The position numbers were made by a program, and so were the translations under genes. Below are positions 22,925 through 35,139 of a stretch of 64,000 nt of DNA, piece after piece. The DNA comes from an uncultured Nitrososphaeraceae archaeon (lineage in GTDB: Archaea > Thermoproteota > Nitrososphaeria > Nitrososphaerales > Nitrososphaeraceae). The first letter of the stretch is position 1; each line of letters starts with the position of its first letter. The notes beneath the pieces are model-generated. The model was given only the letters and a program-made list of their open reading frames with translations, searched no databases and had not been told where the DNA came from. Where the stretch lies: NCBI GenBank assembly GCA_963825865.1, contig CAWGVG010000010.1:1-64000 (forward strand). The letters run 5' to 3'.

Positions 22925-24089
22925 ATGGAAAAAAATCTCCAAGGTCAAATTGATGATTCAACTAAATTAGGGATGCAGATTGTAAAAGAATCTGAGGACG
23001 ACCGTTTAATGACGCTAAGTGTTGGACCTCAACATCCAGGTTCTGGACACTTTAGATTCGTAATTGCAGTTGATGGTGACTACATTGTTCATTGTGATCC
23101 TGATCCCGGTTATGTACATCGTGGAGAAGAGAAAATGTGCGAATACCGTAATTTCATCCAAAATATACCTCACCTTGAACGTCCTGTTATTCACGATTCT
23201 GCTAACATTACATATTCATATAGCCTAGCAGTCGAAGAACTAGTAGGGATTCAAGTCCCTAGAAGAGGTCAGTTTATCAGAGCGATCGCATCAGAACTTG
23301 ATCGTCAGGTCTATACTTTATACTGGCTTGCAATCTATGGAATTTTTCTTGGTCATTCTACCATGTTTATGTGGCCTACAGGAGATAGAGAATTATTTAT
23401 CGATTTATTGGATGCTTTGACTGGTGCAAGAGTAACCCACGCGTTTAATATACCTGGAGGTGTACGAAATGATATACCATACGGTTTTAAGGATAAATGT
23501 TTAAGACATATTGCATATTTTGAAAAACGGTTAAAGGAATATGAAGACATTTTCTACAATAACCCCTTATGAGACAAAGGACTGAGGGTGTAGGAATTCT
23601 TACCAAGGAAGACGCAATTAAGCTGGGTGTCACAGGCTCTGTGTTGCGGGCTTCTGGAGTTCCATATCGATATACGAAAGGCGGAACCATATGACATTTA
23701 TAACGAGATCGATTTCAAGGTTCAATACATGAAAAGTGGCGATTCCTTTGCAAGAGCATATGTTCCACTTTTGGATATGAGAGAATCATGCCAGATTATG
23801 AGACAGTTGCTTGACAAAATGCCTGATTCTGGAGAAGTTCGAGCAAAGCTACAGCCAACTCCAAAGGGGCCACCGGGTGAGGCCTATAGAAGGGTAGAAT
23901 CGGGTAGAGGTGCTCTTGGTTATTACATTGTTAGTGACGGTACTCCAAAACCTTATAGAGTAAAGATATCTGTGGGCTCTTTTAGAAATATTGATAGCAT
24001 TACCTCATCTACTAGTCGGCGCAAAATTGGGTGACATGCCCTCTATTTATTGGTCCTTGAATTATTGGCCAGTGGAGGCTGACAGATAA
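22925..24089 (+). CDS. nuoD: NADH-quinone oxidoreductase subunit D
   Basis: GPQHPGSGH, GYVHRGEEK, ESGRGALG and C-terminal PVEADR. Confidence 0.93.
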
Positions 24090-24093
24090 TAAC

Positions 24094-25393
24094 ATGGCAA
24101 CAGCTCCACAGGGATTCCGTTTCGGAAATTTTATCGCTAGTCTTATTTGGCTAATCTTCTGGATTCTGATTATTGTAGCACTTGTGGCCTTGCCTGATGA
24201 TTTTCATAGTGCTTTTCTATGTACCGCTTCCGCCTGTAAACGGAGAGGTTCTTACACCATACCTATTTCTATCCATGATAGTGGATCCTACTCGTACTCT
24301 GCCAATTCATCAAATTTATAATCCACACTGAGTTATTTAGGGTAGCAGTATTTCCTGGCTTTTCATTTGCAGCATTGTTTGCAGCAGTTACAATTTTCGT
24401 TGAACGCAAATTCCTAGCTAAAGATGCAGCTGAGAGTTGGTCCCCTTTATTGTGGTAAAATTGAAGGAATTTTGCAGCTAGCTGCCAGATGGTCTGAAGC
24501 TAATTTCAAAAGAGATTATTATTCCGTCAGGAGCTGACAAACCAATTTTCTGGACTGCTCCTATTGCATTTGTTGCAACAGCAGCTGCAGTGGTTGCATT
24601 GATACCTGTAGCACCTGGTTGGGTAGCTGCAAATGTTAGATGTTGGTCTTATTGCAGTATTTGCAATATTTGGATTCTTCCCATTAATTGCATTACTGTT
24701 TTCATGGGCAAGCAATAGCAAATATCCATTCCTTGGCGGATTGCGCGCATTGCATCAGATGATAGCTTTTGAAATTCCTTTCTTTCTTTCTGGACTTTCT
24801 GTTGTAATTTTAGCTGGCTCACTTAATCTAACAAACATTGTAAATGCACAACACCCATTCTGGTTCATTTTCTTTCTTCCAATCAGCGCATTTGTGTTCT
24901 TTATTTCTTCATTGGCAGAACTTGAAAGAATTCCATTTGACTTACCAGAAGCAGAAAGTGAAATCGTCGCAGGCTGGCTTACTGAAACCTCAGGTATGAT
25001 TTATGGCCTAATACAGCTTGGCTCATACGTAAAAGTATATGCATTGTCTGCACTCTTTGTAGTATTATTCCTTGGTGGATGGGCAGGACCTCAAATCTTT
25101 CCAAAGGAACTCGGGCCTTCTAATACAACGATACCACTGCTACAGTTGCTGACGCTCCAAGGTATTTACAATTCTATCACTGTCAACGCAATCTTTTGGT
25201 TTACACTAAAGACATTTGGTATAATCATGCTAATGCTACTCCCAAGAGGTATAAATCCCAGAATTAGAATAGATATCCTACTCCATACAGGCTGGTACAA
25301 ACTGATAGTCTTGACGTTCATAAAATGTTTATAGCACTAGCTTTAATTTATGGAGGTATATTAGGACCAGGAGGATTGTTAACAGCGCATTGA
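24094..25393 (+). CDS. nuoH: NADH-quinone oxidoreductase subunit H
   Basis: ERKFLAKMQLRVGP, DGLKLISKE, AELERIPFDLPEAESE and PRIRID. Confidence 0.92.
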
Positions 25394-25420
25394 AATTTAT
25401 TATCATCATCAGCAGGTGGA

Positions 25421-25903
25421 ATGATCAAGGCAATAGAATCAGGTTCAAAGCATCTCATAATCAAAAGATTTACTTTCCGATATCCAGAACAAAAGCTCAA
25501 GTTTGTTGGAGATGGATATCAGTTTGATCCAAAGCGTGGAGTTGGTATTGCTGGAATACGTGGTAGACATATTCTATTCCATGATAAATGTACAGGATGT
25601 CAGCTATGTGCAATTGCGTGTGAAGGTATTGCAGAAGCAATTGGTATGGTAAAAGTGGATGAGCAGTGGAAACACAATAAGAAATCTATTATGCCCCAAA
25701 TTGACTATGGAAAATGTGTATTTTGTGGTTTATGCGTTGATGCCTGTCCATTCTATGCATTGTACATGACAAATGATTATGAACTCTCTTCATTTACTAA
25801 GGAGCATTTGATATATACTCCCGCACAATTGGCAGTCAAGCCAAAATATGATGGGGATGTCGAATTAAAAATAGATGATATGGGTGCAACACATCATGGC
25901 TGA
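25421..25903 (+). CDS. nuoI: NADH-quinone oxidoreductase subunit I
   Basis: Two 4Fe-4S motifs, CTGCQLCAIAC and CVFCGLCVDACP. Confidence 0.95.
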   Translation: MIKAIESGSKHLIIKRFTFRYPEQKLKFVGDGYQFDPKRGVGIAGIRGRHILFHDKCTGCQLCAIACEGIAEAIGMVKVDEQWKHNKKSIMPQIDYGKCVFCGLCVDACPFYALYMTNDYELSSFTKEHLIYTPAQLAVKPKYDGDVELKIDDMGATHHG

Positions 25904-26412
25904 TCCAGTATTTATTGGTGTAGCAGTGTTAACTGTAGGTTCAGCAATAGTCTCGCTGGAAAGCCGCGAACTGATTTATGGTGCAATTGCTCTTGCGGTT
26001 TCTATGATGGGGATTGCAGGATTTTTTCTTCTTTTAGATTCGCCATTTGTTGCAATGTTTCAGATTGCAGTTTATGTTGGTGCGGTTGCAGTTTTAGTCA
26101 TCTTTACAGTTATGCTCGTCAGAACTCAAGCTCTCTTTAGTACAAAAGAAGACAAAGGACGAAAATCTGCTGGCATTATTCTTATGATAATCTTCATAGT
26201 TAGCATAGGAGCTGTGTTTCTAGTATCTGGTCTTAACAGCCAAGACATTTGATAATTCTAAATCTCAAGCCATTGACTTTACTGCAATAGGTCAACAGAT
26301 GCTGACCTATTACTCACCAGCCTTGATTGCATTGGCCTTAACACTGGCTGGTGCTGTAATAGGAGCGCTAGCGCTGGCTCGCAGGGAGGAAATAGAGCAA
26401 AAAAATGAATGA
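25896..26412 (+). CDS. nuoJ: NADH-quinone oxidoreductase subunit J
   Basis: FVAMFQIAVYVGAVAVL; indel near 26250. Confidence 0.9.
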
Positions 26413-26707
26413 ACTGATTGATTATGTTATAGTATCTTTGGTTCTTGTTGCGATTGGTATTTATGGTCTTGTTGTCAAACGTAACGCTGTACGCATGCTC
26501 TTTTCCCTCGAAATAATTGCGAATGCAGCAAATCTGAACTTAATCGCATTTTCACGGAATCTATCTAATGCGCAGGGGCAAGTATTTGCACTATTTTCTA
26601 TTGCTATTGCAGCTGCAGAAGTAGCAGTAGGACTTGGTATTATCATTATAGCATATAGACTATACAAAGAGATCGATGTCGAAGAATTTAAAAGTATGCG
26701 GGGCTAG
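26405..26707 (+). CDS. nuoK: NADH-quinone oxidoreductase subunit K
   Basis: LEIIANAANLN and AAAEVAVGL. Confidence 0.95.
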   Translation: MNELIDYVIVSLVLVAIGIYGLVVKRNAVRMLFSLEIIANAANLNLIAFSRNLSNAQGQVFALFSIAIAAAEVAVGLGIIIIAYRLYKEIDVEEFKSMRG

Positions 26708-26718
26708 AGATATAAAAA

Positions 26719-28540
26719 ATGGCAGAATCATCGTTTTTCTTGCTAGCAGCAGACCTTTCTACCTCTTCTTCTGTCACCTGTCGTCTATATTTTGGGTAGA
26801 AAAAAAACTGGCGTTAATACTGTAACATGGTTTTCCTTTGGCGTTTTAGCTATATCGACCGGCATGCTCTTTATTCCTGCACTGATGTTGAACGGAGGTG
26901 GACAGTCGGCTTATGCTGAGAGTTACCCTTGGAGTCAATTTGGGAATTTTGGTCTCAGATTGGATGGTCTGAGCCTTCCGTTTGCTCTGATAATTTACAT
27001 ATTATGTACTGTTCTAGCGCTTTATTCAAAGCCCTACATGATACATAAAATCATGGAGGACGCACATGAACGCTTTGGAGGTAGTAGCGATAGTCTTTCA
27101 CAAGGAGGTCAAGGTTATACTGATGACAATCATTCCTCTAGTACAACCACAAATATCAATACTGGCGTTTCACATACAACATCAATTGTTGATACAACGC
27201 AATATGTAAACAATCAGTTGGGACTCTACTTTGCACTCTACATGACATTTTCAATGGGTATGCTTGGTACCGTACTTGCAACCAATCTTATTGAATTTTT
27301 TGTCTTCTTTGAATTGATGCTTGTTCCATCATTCTTTCTGATAGCATTCTACGGTTATGGTGCGAGGCTAAGAATTGCTCTTATGTTCTTCTTTTGGACC
27401 CATGTGGGTGCTGTTGTATTGTTGCTCGGCTTACTAGCAATGGGATTCTTTGCAGGAGGTTTTGATTACACTACAGTCAAAGCTAATGCGACAAAAATTC
27501 CTACACAGTGGTTGTCAATTATTGTATTTGCTCTAGTAGTGGGACTTGGGGTAAAATTAGCAGCATTTCTCTTACATATCTGGCTACCATATGCTCATGC
27601 AGAAGCTCCTACTCCTGTTTCAGCTCTGCTTTCACCGGCAATGATCGGCATTGGAGCATACGGTTTGCTGAGGTTATGGTTGGAGTTACTAACAGGAAGC
27701 TATGCCCAGTATAGTCTTTACATCAACATGTGGGGGCTTGCCACTATGATTTATGGTGGAGCAATGGCATTGATGCAAGACGATATCAAGCGAGTTCTTG
27801 CTTATTCTAGCATCAGCCAGATGGGTTACATTTTGTTTGGTATAGGTTCTGAAAGCATCCTTGGCATTACTGGCGGAACTTTGATGTATGTTACCCATGG
27901 TCTTGGCAAAGCAATACTCTTCATGATGGCTGGCTCAATTATCCTACAGACTGGCACGAGAAGCATGTCAAAATTAGGCGGACTGGCTGGCAAAATGCCT
28001 TATACTGCAGTCATAGCAATGATTGGAGCTCTGACAATTATCGGTATCCCTCCAACCAGTGGTTTTATGGCAGAATGGATCCTCTTCAATGGGGTTTTGC
28101 AAACGGGCGTTCACGACGGAAATTCCTTAAGAGTTGCAATATTTGGATTTGGTATTTTAACTACTGTATTATCGTCTGCATACATTCTCTGGATGTACGG
28201 ACGTATATTCTTTGGCAAGATTCCAGAAGAGCTGGTTCACGTCAAAGATTCAAGCAGATATATTACCGTAACAATGGCTGCCCTTGCAGCACTTACGCTT
28301 ATTATCGGAGTATATCCAAATCCCCTCCTCAATCCTATTACAGGATATATTCAACAAATATTTGCAAATACTCCTGCAGTGTTACCATTACCAGCGGTAG
28401 GACACGGCGGAGATAGCGGAGGAATGCAAGTTCATAAAAATATCGTCCCAACTACACATGAATTTGGCAATAATGTACACAATTATAATATAGGTATAAT
28501 TAAAATAGCAAATACTTCGAAAGGAGCGCTACTGAAGTAA
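26719..28540 (+). CDS. nuoM: NADH-quinone oxidoreductase subunit M
   Basis: LDGLS, FELMLVP, HIWLPYAHAEAPTPVSALLS, AYSSISQMG and PPTSGFMAE. Confidence 0.92.
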
Positions 28541-28575
28541 AAATATGTTGGATGAAAGAAGGTTGGTGAGCTAAA

Positions 28576-30644
28576 ATAGTCGAAATAACAGGGTTTGAGG
28601 GAATCGCGATAAACGCTTGGTTAGTATGGGTTCTGCCGTTTATTGGTGCGGCTATAATTGCAGGAGTTGCTCGAGCAGGCAATAGGAGAAGGGACTATGC
28701 GGCAGTTGGTTTTGCGCTTGCAAGCGCAATTTCAGCTACAACTTTAATTCCATTAGCACTTTCCGGCAGTGAAATACATAGTCAAATAAATTGGATATCT
28801 GTAGTTAACGTGAAAGCTGGCGTCTTGGCCGATCCGTTGGCTATAGTAATGACCAATTTGGTTGCTTGGATCTCATTTCTCATCTTTGTATACTCAACAG
28901 GCTATATGCATGGTGACAGAGACCTGACACGATACTGGTTCTTTATGTTATTCTTCATTGGATTTATGCAGCTGATTGTGTTATCGGATAACCTGCTTAT
29001 GGTCTTCTTTGGTTGGGAGGGTGTGGGTTTTGCATCTTATGCCCTGATCGGCTTCTGGTATTATAACAAGAAGAAAGACTTTGTAGGAAAGATAGGGGAT
29101 AGAGCATGGGGGATTGCAATGTGGGCTTCTCCAACTCATGCTGGAATGAAGGCATTCCTAATGACAAGGGCAGGAGATACAATGATGTTAGCTGGCATGT
29201 TTCTCATCTTTATTTACTCGGGAACTTTTGGTTTCAGGGAATTGCTTCAAAACCAGACATGGGCAGCACAAATGGCCCATCAGAACTTGCTTGTTCCAGC
29301 TGCAGTATTGTTGTTCGGTGGTGCAGTTGGAAAGTCTGCTCAGTTTCCTCTAAATGAATGGCTTTTAGAAGCTATGACCGGTCCCACTCCGGTTTCAGCA
29401 CTTATTCATGCTGCAACTATGGTCAAAGCTGGTGTATTTCTAGTTGCACGTATTGGTCCGTTATTCTTTGCTCTTGCTGCATTTGGAGTATCTCAGTTCT
29501 TTGAAGTAGTTGCATGGGTCGGTGCTATTACCGCATTTTTGCTTGCAAGCCAGGCTCTAGTTAATCCAGAGATCAAAAAAGTACTTGCATATTCAACCGG
29601 TTCCCAGATCGGTTACATGATGATGGGTCTTGGCATAGCAGGGCTGTCAGTAAATTTTGTTGACGGCTATAGTGCAGGTTTCTTTCATCTGATGAGCCAT
29701 GCAATGTTTAAGGCATCGCTCTTCATGGGTGCAGGGGCTCTGCTTCATACTGTGGGATCTAGATTCATGACTGATATGGGTGGTCTTCATAAAAATATGC
29801 GAAAGACCTATATCTTTATGCTGCTTGCAGGCCTTTCACTAGCAGGGGCTCCCTTGGTCACCTCTGGTTTCTGGAGTAAGGATGCAATATTTGCGAGCCG
29901 TATTAGAGTCAGGTTACGTTCATACATGGCCATTATTTGGAATGGCAGTTGTTGTTGCAGTAATGACGGCCTTTTACACATTTAGAATGATTGGCATGGC
30001 GTTCTTTGGCAAGAAAAGCAAACACCTTGAAGAAATGGAACACAGAGGTCACCATCTACACGAAGTGGGTGCTAATATGTGGGTGCCATTTGCAGTGCTT
30101 GCAGTAGCAACCATAGCAATAGGAATAATTGGCTTTAGCTTTGGAGCTCAGATTACCCATCTACTTGGTGGATATCTTGCACATTACTTTGGTATTGGAA
30201 AGGAATCAGCCTCTCCAGAAATTCATATCCTTCCAGAAGGAGGGAAGACATTCTTTGGTCTTAATCCAATAGGCAGCAGCAGCATCATTTGGATCCTTTG
30301 CAATAGGCGGTATTCTGGGATATGTATTTTACATTGCAAGAAAGGCAGATCCAGAGATTATCTCGAGAAATATTGTGACAAGGGCAATTTGGAAGTTCCT
30401 TTACAACCGATGGTATCTTAATTCTGCACTGTATTGGGGATGTGTAATTGGGCCATTGGCAATTTACCGTATAATTTGGAGATATTTTGAGAGCACTGTA
30501 ATCGATGGAATTAGCCCTGCATTCCAATATACCATGGCATATTTCTCCAAGGTCGTCAGATCCGGACAAACCGGTGTAACTCAAACATATTTATTTGTAT
30601 TTGGAGTGGGCATTATGATAATCATAATGCTCATGTTGTTATAG
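28576..30644 (+). CDS. nuoL: NADH-quinone oxidoreductase subunit L
   Basis: GWEGVG, GKSAQFPLNEWLLEAMTGPTPVSALIHAATMV, HAMFKASLF and SGFWSKD; start approximate. Confidence 0.92.
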
Positions 30645-30666
30645 GGGAAAAGGAGTTTAAAGAAAA

Positions 30667-32280
30667 ATGGTAGAACTAATTTCGACTCCACTCCTTGTTA
30701 CTTTAATACTAGGAGTTGCAGGACTTGTAATTCCAGTAATAGACGCCATCAAAAAAGAAAGGGGCTCTAATAACCGTCTGTATAGTGGAATTGCATTTGG
30801 TGCATTAATTGTTACAATAGGAATTGTAATTTTCCGCGTATTATTTGGTGAAGTGACACCTGCTGTTCTATTTAGCAAAGGCGTTATAGCAGATGATCTC
30901 TTCGGTTCGTTCTTTGCGATTTCCCTGCTGATAGTCTCGATTATGGTAGCTGCGTCTTCATGGAATTACATGAGAGGCAGAGTAAATCCTGCTCCATATT
31001 ATTCGCTTATATTGCTATCGAGCATAGGCATGGTACTTATTGGTTATTCAACCGATCTTGTAATGCTGCTAGTTGCATGGGAATTGATGTCTATTCCTAC
31101 CTATGCTTTGGCAGCATTTTCCAAACGCGATCCTATCTCAAACGAGGCAGCTATAAAATACTTTATGTTCGGTGCACTATCTTCTGCAATTCTAGTTTTT
31201 GCCATCGGCCTTGTTTATGGCATTACTGGGACAACCAACATAGGCGCATCGATCCACGCAATGGCCAGTCTTCAGAAAGATCTTGTTCCAGTAGGTCTCA
31301 TTGCAATCGCATTATTTATTGCTGGCTTTGGATTCAAAATGGGCCTTGTACCATTCCACATGTGGCTGCCAGATGCGTATGAGGGCGCTCCTACTACAAT
31401 TGGAGCCCTTCTAGCAGCAGGTACCAAGAAGGCTGGATTTGCTGCATTCTTACGTGTAATTGTACTTGGAATGTTTGTATTACACGTTGATTGGACAATG
31501 ACTCTTGCTATAATTGCTGTCTTTACAATGACCCTCGGCAACTTAGGTGCGTTAATACAAAAAAGCGTTCCAAGAATTCTTGCATACTCTAGTATTGCTC
31601 AGGCTGGTTACATTTTGATAGGTATAGCCATTGCTCCTTATTCTAACCAAGCTCTAAGTGGATCGCTATTTCATATAATGAATCACGCAGTAATGAAATC
31701 TGCTGGCTTCATAGCTGCAGCAGCCGTTGCAACTGCGCTTGCTAGTTATAGTCTAGAGAAATATAGGGGCATTGGTCGCAGAATGCCTATCACTGCTATT
31801 GCATTCACAATTTCTTTACTTGCGCTTGCTGGCGTCCCACCTCTCAATGGTTTCTGGAGTAAACTGGTTTTATTTGGTGCTGCAATTAACAGCGGTCCAA
31901 TGGTGACATGGGGACCATATCTTGCAATTGCCGGCGTGCTTAACAGTGCTCTTTCATGGGATATTATGCATTTATCATTAGAAAGATGTACATGGAAGAA
32001 GGGCCAGATATGAGTAAAGTTAAAGAACCGAAAGCGATGGTTGCGGTATTAGTATTTGCAATGGTATTTATGGTAGGTTTTGGTATCTGGCATGCTCCAA
32101 TACTGGAGTTTGCATCAAAAGCAGTATTGCCTAACATGTCATCTGAATAATGTAGTTCCTACAACATCGAATCATCTGAATAATGTAGTTCCTACAACAT
32201 CGAATCATCTGAATAATGTAGTTCCTACAACATCGAATCATCTGAATAATGTAGTTCCTACAATATCCAGTGCTTCTTGA
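30667..32280 (+). CDS. nuoN: NADH-quinone oxidoreductase subunit N with a repetitive C-terminal tail
   Basis: EAAIKYF, FKMGLVPFHMWLPDAYEGAP, AYSSIAQAGY and PPLNGFWSK; indels near 31955 and 32140. Confidence 0.92.
32139..32264 (+). repeat. 33-bp tandem repeat, about 3.8 copies (TCATCTGAATAATGTAGTTCCTACAACATCGAA)
   Basis: Identical adjacent units without spacers, encoding HLNNVVPTTSN. Confidence 0.95.
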
Positions 32281-32630
32281 CTTAATGAATGATACCATGA
32301 GTAGTAATATCATTCATAACTTCGACACCAGAAGCTACAATAGTATATGTGTTTCCAGAACATAACCAACACTGAACCCAAGAAATACCCTAGACATGAG
32401 CACATTAGAGCACAATAAGAACAAACAACAAGGGTTTTCACAGGGCATCAAAAGGTTATTTCCAAAGATGCTACTTGTATTAGGGGCCATAGCACATGTT
32501 AGCGTTAAACTTTTACTATGTGGTAATAGATGTCACAGATATAGCAAGTCGGCGACTTGCTTTGGCACGCAATTTTTAAATGCATATTTTAAAAACACAC
32601 ATTGGCAGCAATGGATAAAAGAATCAAAAT

Positions 32631-33504
32631 TCAAAACTGGACTGAAGACAAATCTGTTAGATGTTCTAGGTGTTTTTTCGATACACTATCTCTTATCTTT
32701 CGTAGCTCATTAATAGCCTTAAAGAATATGACAGATAAAGCTTTTCCATTCTATCAACGAATTCTTTAGACTGATCATTTTTCTTTACCAGTATATTAAA
32801 AAGTCTGTCTTCATTATTCCAATCGATTAAATCATCATGAATTTGATAGGCAATTCCAAGCAAATTACCAAAGGTTGACATTGCGCGGATCTCATCCTCT
32901 TCTCCTTCCCCTAGTATTGCACCCACTTTCGCAGATGTCTCAAAGAGTGAGGCAGTTTTATGTTCAAGAACTTTGATATAATCATCCTCTCTAATTTTAG
33001 GGTCTTCAGCCAGTTTAATTTCCATCATCTCACCTTCGCTCATTTTTATTGCAGCATTAGAAAGTTCGCTTGAAACACGCGGGTTATTCAACTTAGAGCC
33101 GATATTGAGAATAATACCTAGAACGAAATCGGCAGTAAGAATACTATTATTATACCCATATTTTACATGAAAAGAAGGTTTACCACGTCGAAGATTTTCT
33201 TCGTCTATAATATCATCATGAATCACAGATTCTGTATGCAAAAGTTCTATAGCAGAAGCAGCCATAAATGTATCTTCGCCAAGTTTTGAAGAGTTAGCTT
33301 TTCCTACCTTTGCACTTTCGGCAGAGAGTACCAGGATAAGCGGTCTAATGCGTTTACCTCCATCGCATGCATATCTTAATGGTCCATAAAACTCTGACCA
33401 AGAATAAAGATCTGAGTTCACGCTTAAGTGCATCATTAATTTTTGACAAGTATTCGCTAAATTGTTCTATCAAAGGATTGGCTTCCAGGTTTCTTATATT
33501 CAAA
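32631..33504 (-). CDS. Polyprenyl diphosphate synthase (GGPP synthase family)
   Basis: GGKRIRP, IELLHTESVIHDDIID..LRRG, KTASLF and YQIHDDLID; indels at both ends. Confidence 0.92.
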
Positions 33505-33607
33505 GATCTGTTCTTGCCTATGGTTCTTTTGAAATACTGAGCATATTAATGCTTTACCAAACGAATGACAATTCTAAAATATTGCAGATATTTTTTCCAT
33601 GAAGGAT

Positions 33608-33713
33608 TGCTCCGGCCGGGATTTGAACCCGGGATTTGCGACTCGAAAGGCCACAATGCTTGACCGGATTATGCAGCTGTTTTCGTTGTTATCAGCTACT
33701 ACACCACCGGAGC
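33608..33713 (-). tRNA. tRNA-Glu(TTC) with a 30-nt non-canonical D-loop intron (33669-33698, position about 15/16)
   Basis: Removing the insert gives GCTCCGGTGGTGTAG|TCCGGTCAAGCATTGTGGCCTTTCGAGTCGCAAATCCCGGGTTCAAATCCCGGCCGGAGCA. The junctions form a bulge-helix-bulge-like motif. Confidence 0.9.
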
Positions 33714-34264
33714 GCTTCGTAAAAGTTGGAATTCATTTCACATAAAATCTTTTCTTGTCTGATTAAGAATTTTTGCATTTTCAATTCTACAGATTATTAT
33801 TGCAAATTCTATGTATATGCCTCATAGTATTAATGGTTCTTGATTAAATATTGAGTTTCTTCTCTTGCTTTGCTTGCATCAATCTCTTAAAGAGAGTGAG
33901 TTGTAACCATCTTTCATAGATTACTCATGATAGCAACAACAACAACAATCAACAACAACTTTAATAATAACATATTGGACATGAGTTTCTGTCTTTCTTG
34001 CTCGATGGAGAGTATATCCTTATCATTTCAGAAAATCTGTGAGTATATTAGTTGGCCAATGTGAATGTAATCAATCATAACCATTAATCACTGTCGAATG
34101 TAATTCTAAAATGAATTAAAAATTGCATCATTAATTTATATATAATCATATACTAGTGCTAACATGCTTTATGTTCATAACAATAATAAAATTCCATTTT
34201 AATTCTAAATTCTATTAATTTCATTATCTCGGATTCATAGACCTTACACAAGCTTTTTCTATAA

Positions 34265-34957
34265 GTGATTCTACTTTTCAGCTATATGGTTAATCATAAT
34301 CTCCTTGAAAGGATCGACTTTGAAATTGAAAGACGTAGTGTACTAAAACATGCATTTTATCAGATGTGGTCAGAAGGAAAACTGACTGTAGATCACCTAC
34401 AAGGTTATTCAAAAGAATATTTCCAATTAGTAAAAGCCGTTCCTAAGTTTGTAGAAAATATTTCATCCCTTACTACAGATCCTTCACTAAAGATGGCTGT
34501 TAATCAAAACTTGAGGGAAGAATCTGAACATATTGAGCCATGGATCAAATTTTCAGCTGCTATGGGTGTTTCAAGGAATGAATTAACAAATTACATTACT
34601 ACTGAGAAGACAAATGATGCTATTTTTGCTTTAACTCATATTACGACATTATCATTAGAAGAAGCAGTAGCGGCTATGTATGCATATGAGGTAGAACTGC
34701 CAAAGATCAGCAGATTAAAAATTGAAGGTTTGACGAAATTCTATGGCATGAATAGTAGTACCGATGCTACAAGTTACTTTGAAATTCATGAAGAAGTAGA
34801 TGTAAGACATGCTTCACTCTGGAGAAATATTCTGCAAAACATTCCTGCAGGAAATGAGGAACCTTCATTTAATGCAGCTGGTGTATCACTGGATGCGCAG
34901 AACAAACTATTAGATTCTGTGCAGGAAAAGTACGTCGGAATACATACTATTAACTAA
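34265..34957 (+). CDS. CADD / PqqC-like heme-oxygenase-fold diiron enzyme
   Basis: KHAFYQMWSEGKLT, NLREESEH..W, AMYAYE, KIEGL and YFEIHEEVDVRH metal-ligand pattern. Confidence 0.85.
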   Translation: MILLFSYMVNHNLLERIDFEIERRSVLKHAFYQMWSEGKLTVDHLQGYSKEYFQLVKAVPKFVENISSLTTDPSLKMAVNQNLREESEHIEPWIKFSAAMGVSRNELTNYITTEKTNDAIFALTHITTLSLEEAVAAMYAYEVELPKISRLKIEGLTKFYGMNSSTDATSYFEIHEEVDVRHASLWRNILQNIPAGNEEPSFNAAGVSLDAQNKLLDSVQEKYVGIHTIN

Positions 34958-35009
34958 CAGAATTGATCTCGAAACCTTTATACCTTTTCCCTTATCGATT
35001 TTTATCTGC

Positions 35010-35083
35010 GGGCCCATAGCTCAGCCTGGTAGAGCGACCGGCTCATAACCGGTCGGGCAGGGGTTCAAACCCCCTTGGGCCCA
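35010..35083 (+). tRNA. tRNA with CAT anticodon, most likely tRNA-Ile2 (agmatidine)
   Basis: GGGCCCA/TGGGCCC acceptor stem typical of archaeal Ile tRNAs, ACCGG-CTCATAA-CCGGT anticodon arm, discriminator A. Confidence 0.9.
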
Positions 35084-35139
35084 CTCCAATCTTGTCCCTT
35101 TATTTAGGCCCACATTGCAATATTATATGAATAAACGCA

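Noticed and set aside
988-31541. Numerous short antisense or alternate-frame ORFs inside the sulfatase, dinB, methyltransferase, tld and nuo genes
   Set aside because: They are shadows of well-supported genes and have no independent motifs.
32139-32264. 33-bp repeats as a possible CRISPR array
   Set aside because: The units are directly adjacent with no spacers, the length is a multiple of three, and there are no cas genes; it is a tandem repeat.
21362-32280. Missing nuoEFG and M-before-L order as a novelty
   Set aside because: This is the known arrangement of the 11-subunit complex I in Thaumarchaeota.
32396-32713. 105-aa plus-strand ORF after nuoN
   Set aside because: No recognisable motif, and it overlaps the 3' end of the prenyl synthase antisense; probably spurious.
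35010-35083. CAT-anticodon tRNA as tRNA-Met
   Set aside because: The GGGCCC acceptor stem and anticodon arm fit archaeal Ile2, and it lacks the initiator A1-U72 pair and GGG/CCC anticodon stem.
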